IMG/VR virus record: IMGVR_UViG_3300046705_000096
Span: 1,348 to 65,347 of that record
Direction: 5' to 3' (one strand)
Source: a virus
Taxonomy: Duplodnaviria > Caudoviricetes
DNA length: 64,000 nucleotides
Part shown: positions 63,154 to 64,000 of the stretch, piece after piece
Layout: each line of letters begins with the position of its first letter
Numbering within the stretch: position 1 is the first letter of the stretch
The notes under the pieces: model-generated
The model's input: the letters and a program-made list of their open reading frames with translations, nothing else
Databases searched by the model: none
Told to the model about the DNA's origin: nothing
Translations under genes and position numbers: made by a program

Positions 63154-63399
63154 TTATGCCTCTTCAAGATGGAATCGTTCGCCATTCAGTCTCAAACGTC
63201 GTTGGCTTTCGTCGGTGGACTCTGCCCACGGTCTCAACTCATCGGGAATCGTCTCGACGTCCCGGAGCATCCCACGGTGGAGTTTCTCTAGGGCGGTTAC
63301 AGCTTCCGCCCGGCTGTAGGTTGCGTTGCTGCCGGGGTAACTCACGGCTTTCAATTTGCCGTTTCGCCGGTAAGGTACGATGACGATGTATCTCAGCAT
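63154..63399 (-). CDS. hypothetical early protein
   Basis: AAGGTG RBS. Confidence 0.55.
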   Translation of the reverse strand: MLRYIVIVPYRRNGKLKAVSYPGSNATYSRAEAVTALEKLHRGMLRDVETIPDELRPWAESTDESQRRLRLNGERFHLEEA

Positions 63400-63401
63400 G
63401 G

Positions 63402-63596
63402 TCACACCTTGAAGACACGGTTAAGGGTGTCAATCAGTTCGGCAGCTTCAGAAGCCGTCAGATCATCGGCGATGGTTTCACGGTTAGAGCCGTGGTATGC
63501 GTTGACGTAGTAATCATCGCCGGCATCGGCCAACACGTCAACACTCCCGTAGCCGGTTCGACCGACGTCAAACTGCGTACACTCGTTCAGAAGCAT
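63402..63596 (-). CDS. hypothetical early protein
   Basis: AAGGTGGTG RBS. Confidence 0.6.
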   Translation of the reverse strand: MLLNECTQFDVGRTGYGSVDVLADAGDDYYVNAYHGSNRETIADDLTASEAAELIDTLNRVFKV

Positions 63597-64000
63597 GGTT
63601 CACCACCTTGGTAACTGGTCAATGGAAGTCACTTCGCACACCTTGCGGCGCTTACGCTTCGGGTGTCGGGTTTAGGGCAATATGCCCCCATTCAGATATG
63701 CTGAATTCGAGCATGTCGCTACCAACGAACAAATTCACGGTGTCACAGTTCAGTCCGATGACCTGAGTCTCCCGTGTCTGCCAATGATGAGACGGTTCGG
63801 CAATTCGTTCTCGAAGGAACGAAACGAAGTCATCCCCTTTCAAGCCAAGTGTCGGAATTTCAAATGGAATCTTCATGGTTCACCACCTTGGTAACTGGTC
63901 AATGGAAGTCACTTCGCACACCTTGCGGCGCTTACGCTTCGGGTGTCGGGTTTAGGGCAATATGCCCCCATTCAGATATGCTGAATTCGAGCATGTCGCT
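63594..64000. repeat. exact direct repeat, 280-bp period (63594-63720 equals 63874-64000, runs off the window)
   Basis: 127 identical nt up to the window edge. Confidence 0.95.
63652..63876 (-). CDS. hypothetical early protein
   Basis: Same RBS context as 63596. Confidence 0.55.
   Translation of the reverse strand: MKIPFEIPTLGLKGDDFVSFLRERIAEPSHHWQTRETQVIGLNCDTVNLFVGSDMLEFSISEWGHIALNPTPEA

Noticed and set aside
1-64000. Stop-codon reassignment or alternative genetic code
   Set aside because: Long core genes are open in the standard code and no suppressor tRNA was seen.

Overview
The window reads as a nearly complete, circularly permuted temperate tailed-phage genome (siphovirus-type, about 64 kb) in its non-integrated form, since attP is intact and phage genes continue on both sides of it. 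The host is probably a Planctomycetota bacterium; this is an inference from the integrase N-terminus and the thioredoxin-trypsin protein. Layout: small early genes on the - strand at both ends (1-3011 and 60041-64000), driven by three tandem sigma70-type promoters; a repeat-rich non-coding control region (3.1-4.6 kb); a + strand packaging, head and tail module (4.6-30 kb); a - strand primase-helicase operon (30.1-37.3 kb); a + strand replication and accessory arm (37.6-58 kb: two ParB-like proteins, SF2 helicase, family A DNA polymerase, nucleases, MTase); and an integrase plus an attP carrying the 5' half of a tRNA-Lys(CUU). The most notable unexplained signals are: (1) an exactly spaced motif TTGMC-N8-GTGTACT-NN-GGGC-ATG at three operon starts, suggesting leaderless non-canonical promoters, alongside a sigma70 region-2-only protein and a separate sigma4-like HTH; (2) a shared N-terminal leader motif YLSx[PA]xIA[AS]F on scaffold, major capsid and tail tube proteins; (3) a dyad-symmetric ~120-bp element present twice, inverted, at two divergence points about 33 kb apart; (4) an ACGCGTCG palindrome array; (5) no recognisable endolysin but four predicted proteases. 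All protein assignments come from motif recognition by eye; no database searches were run.
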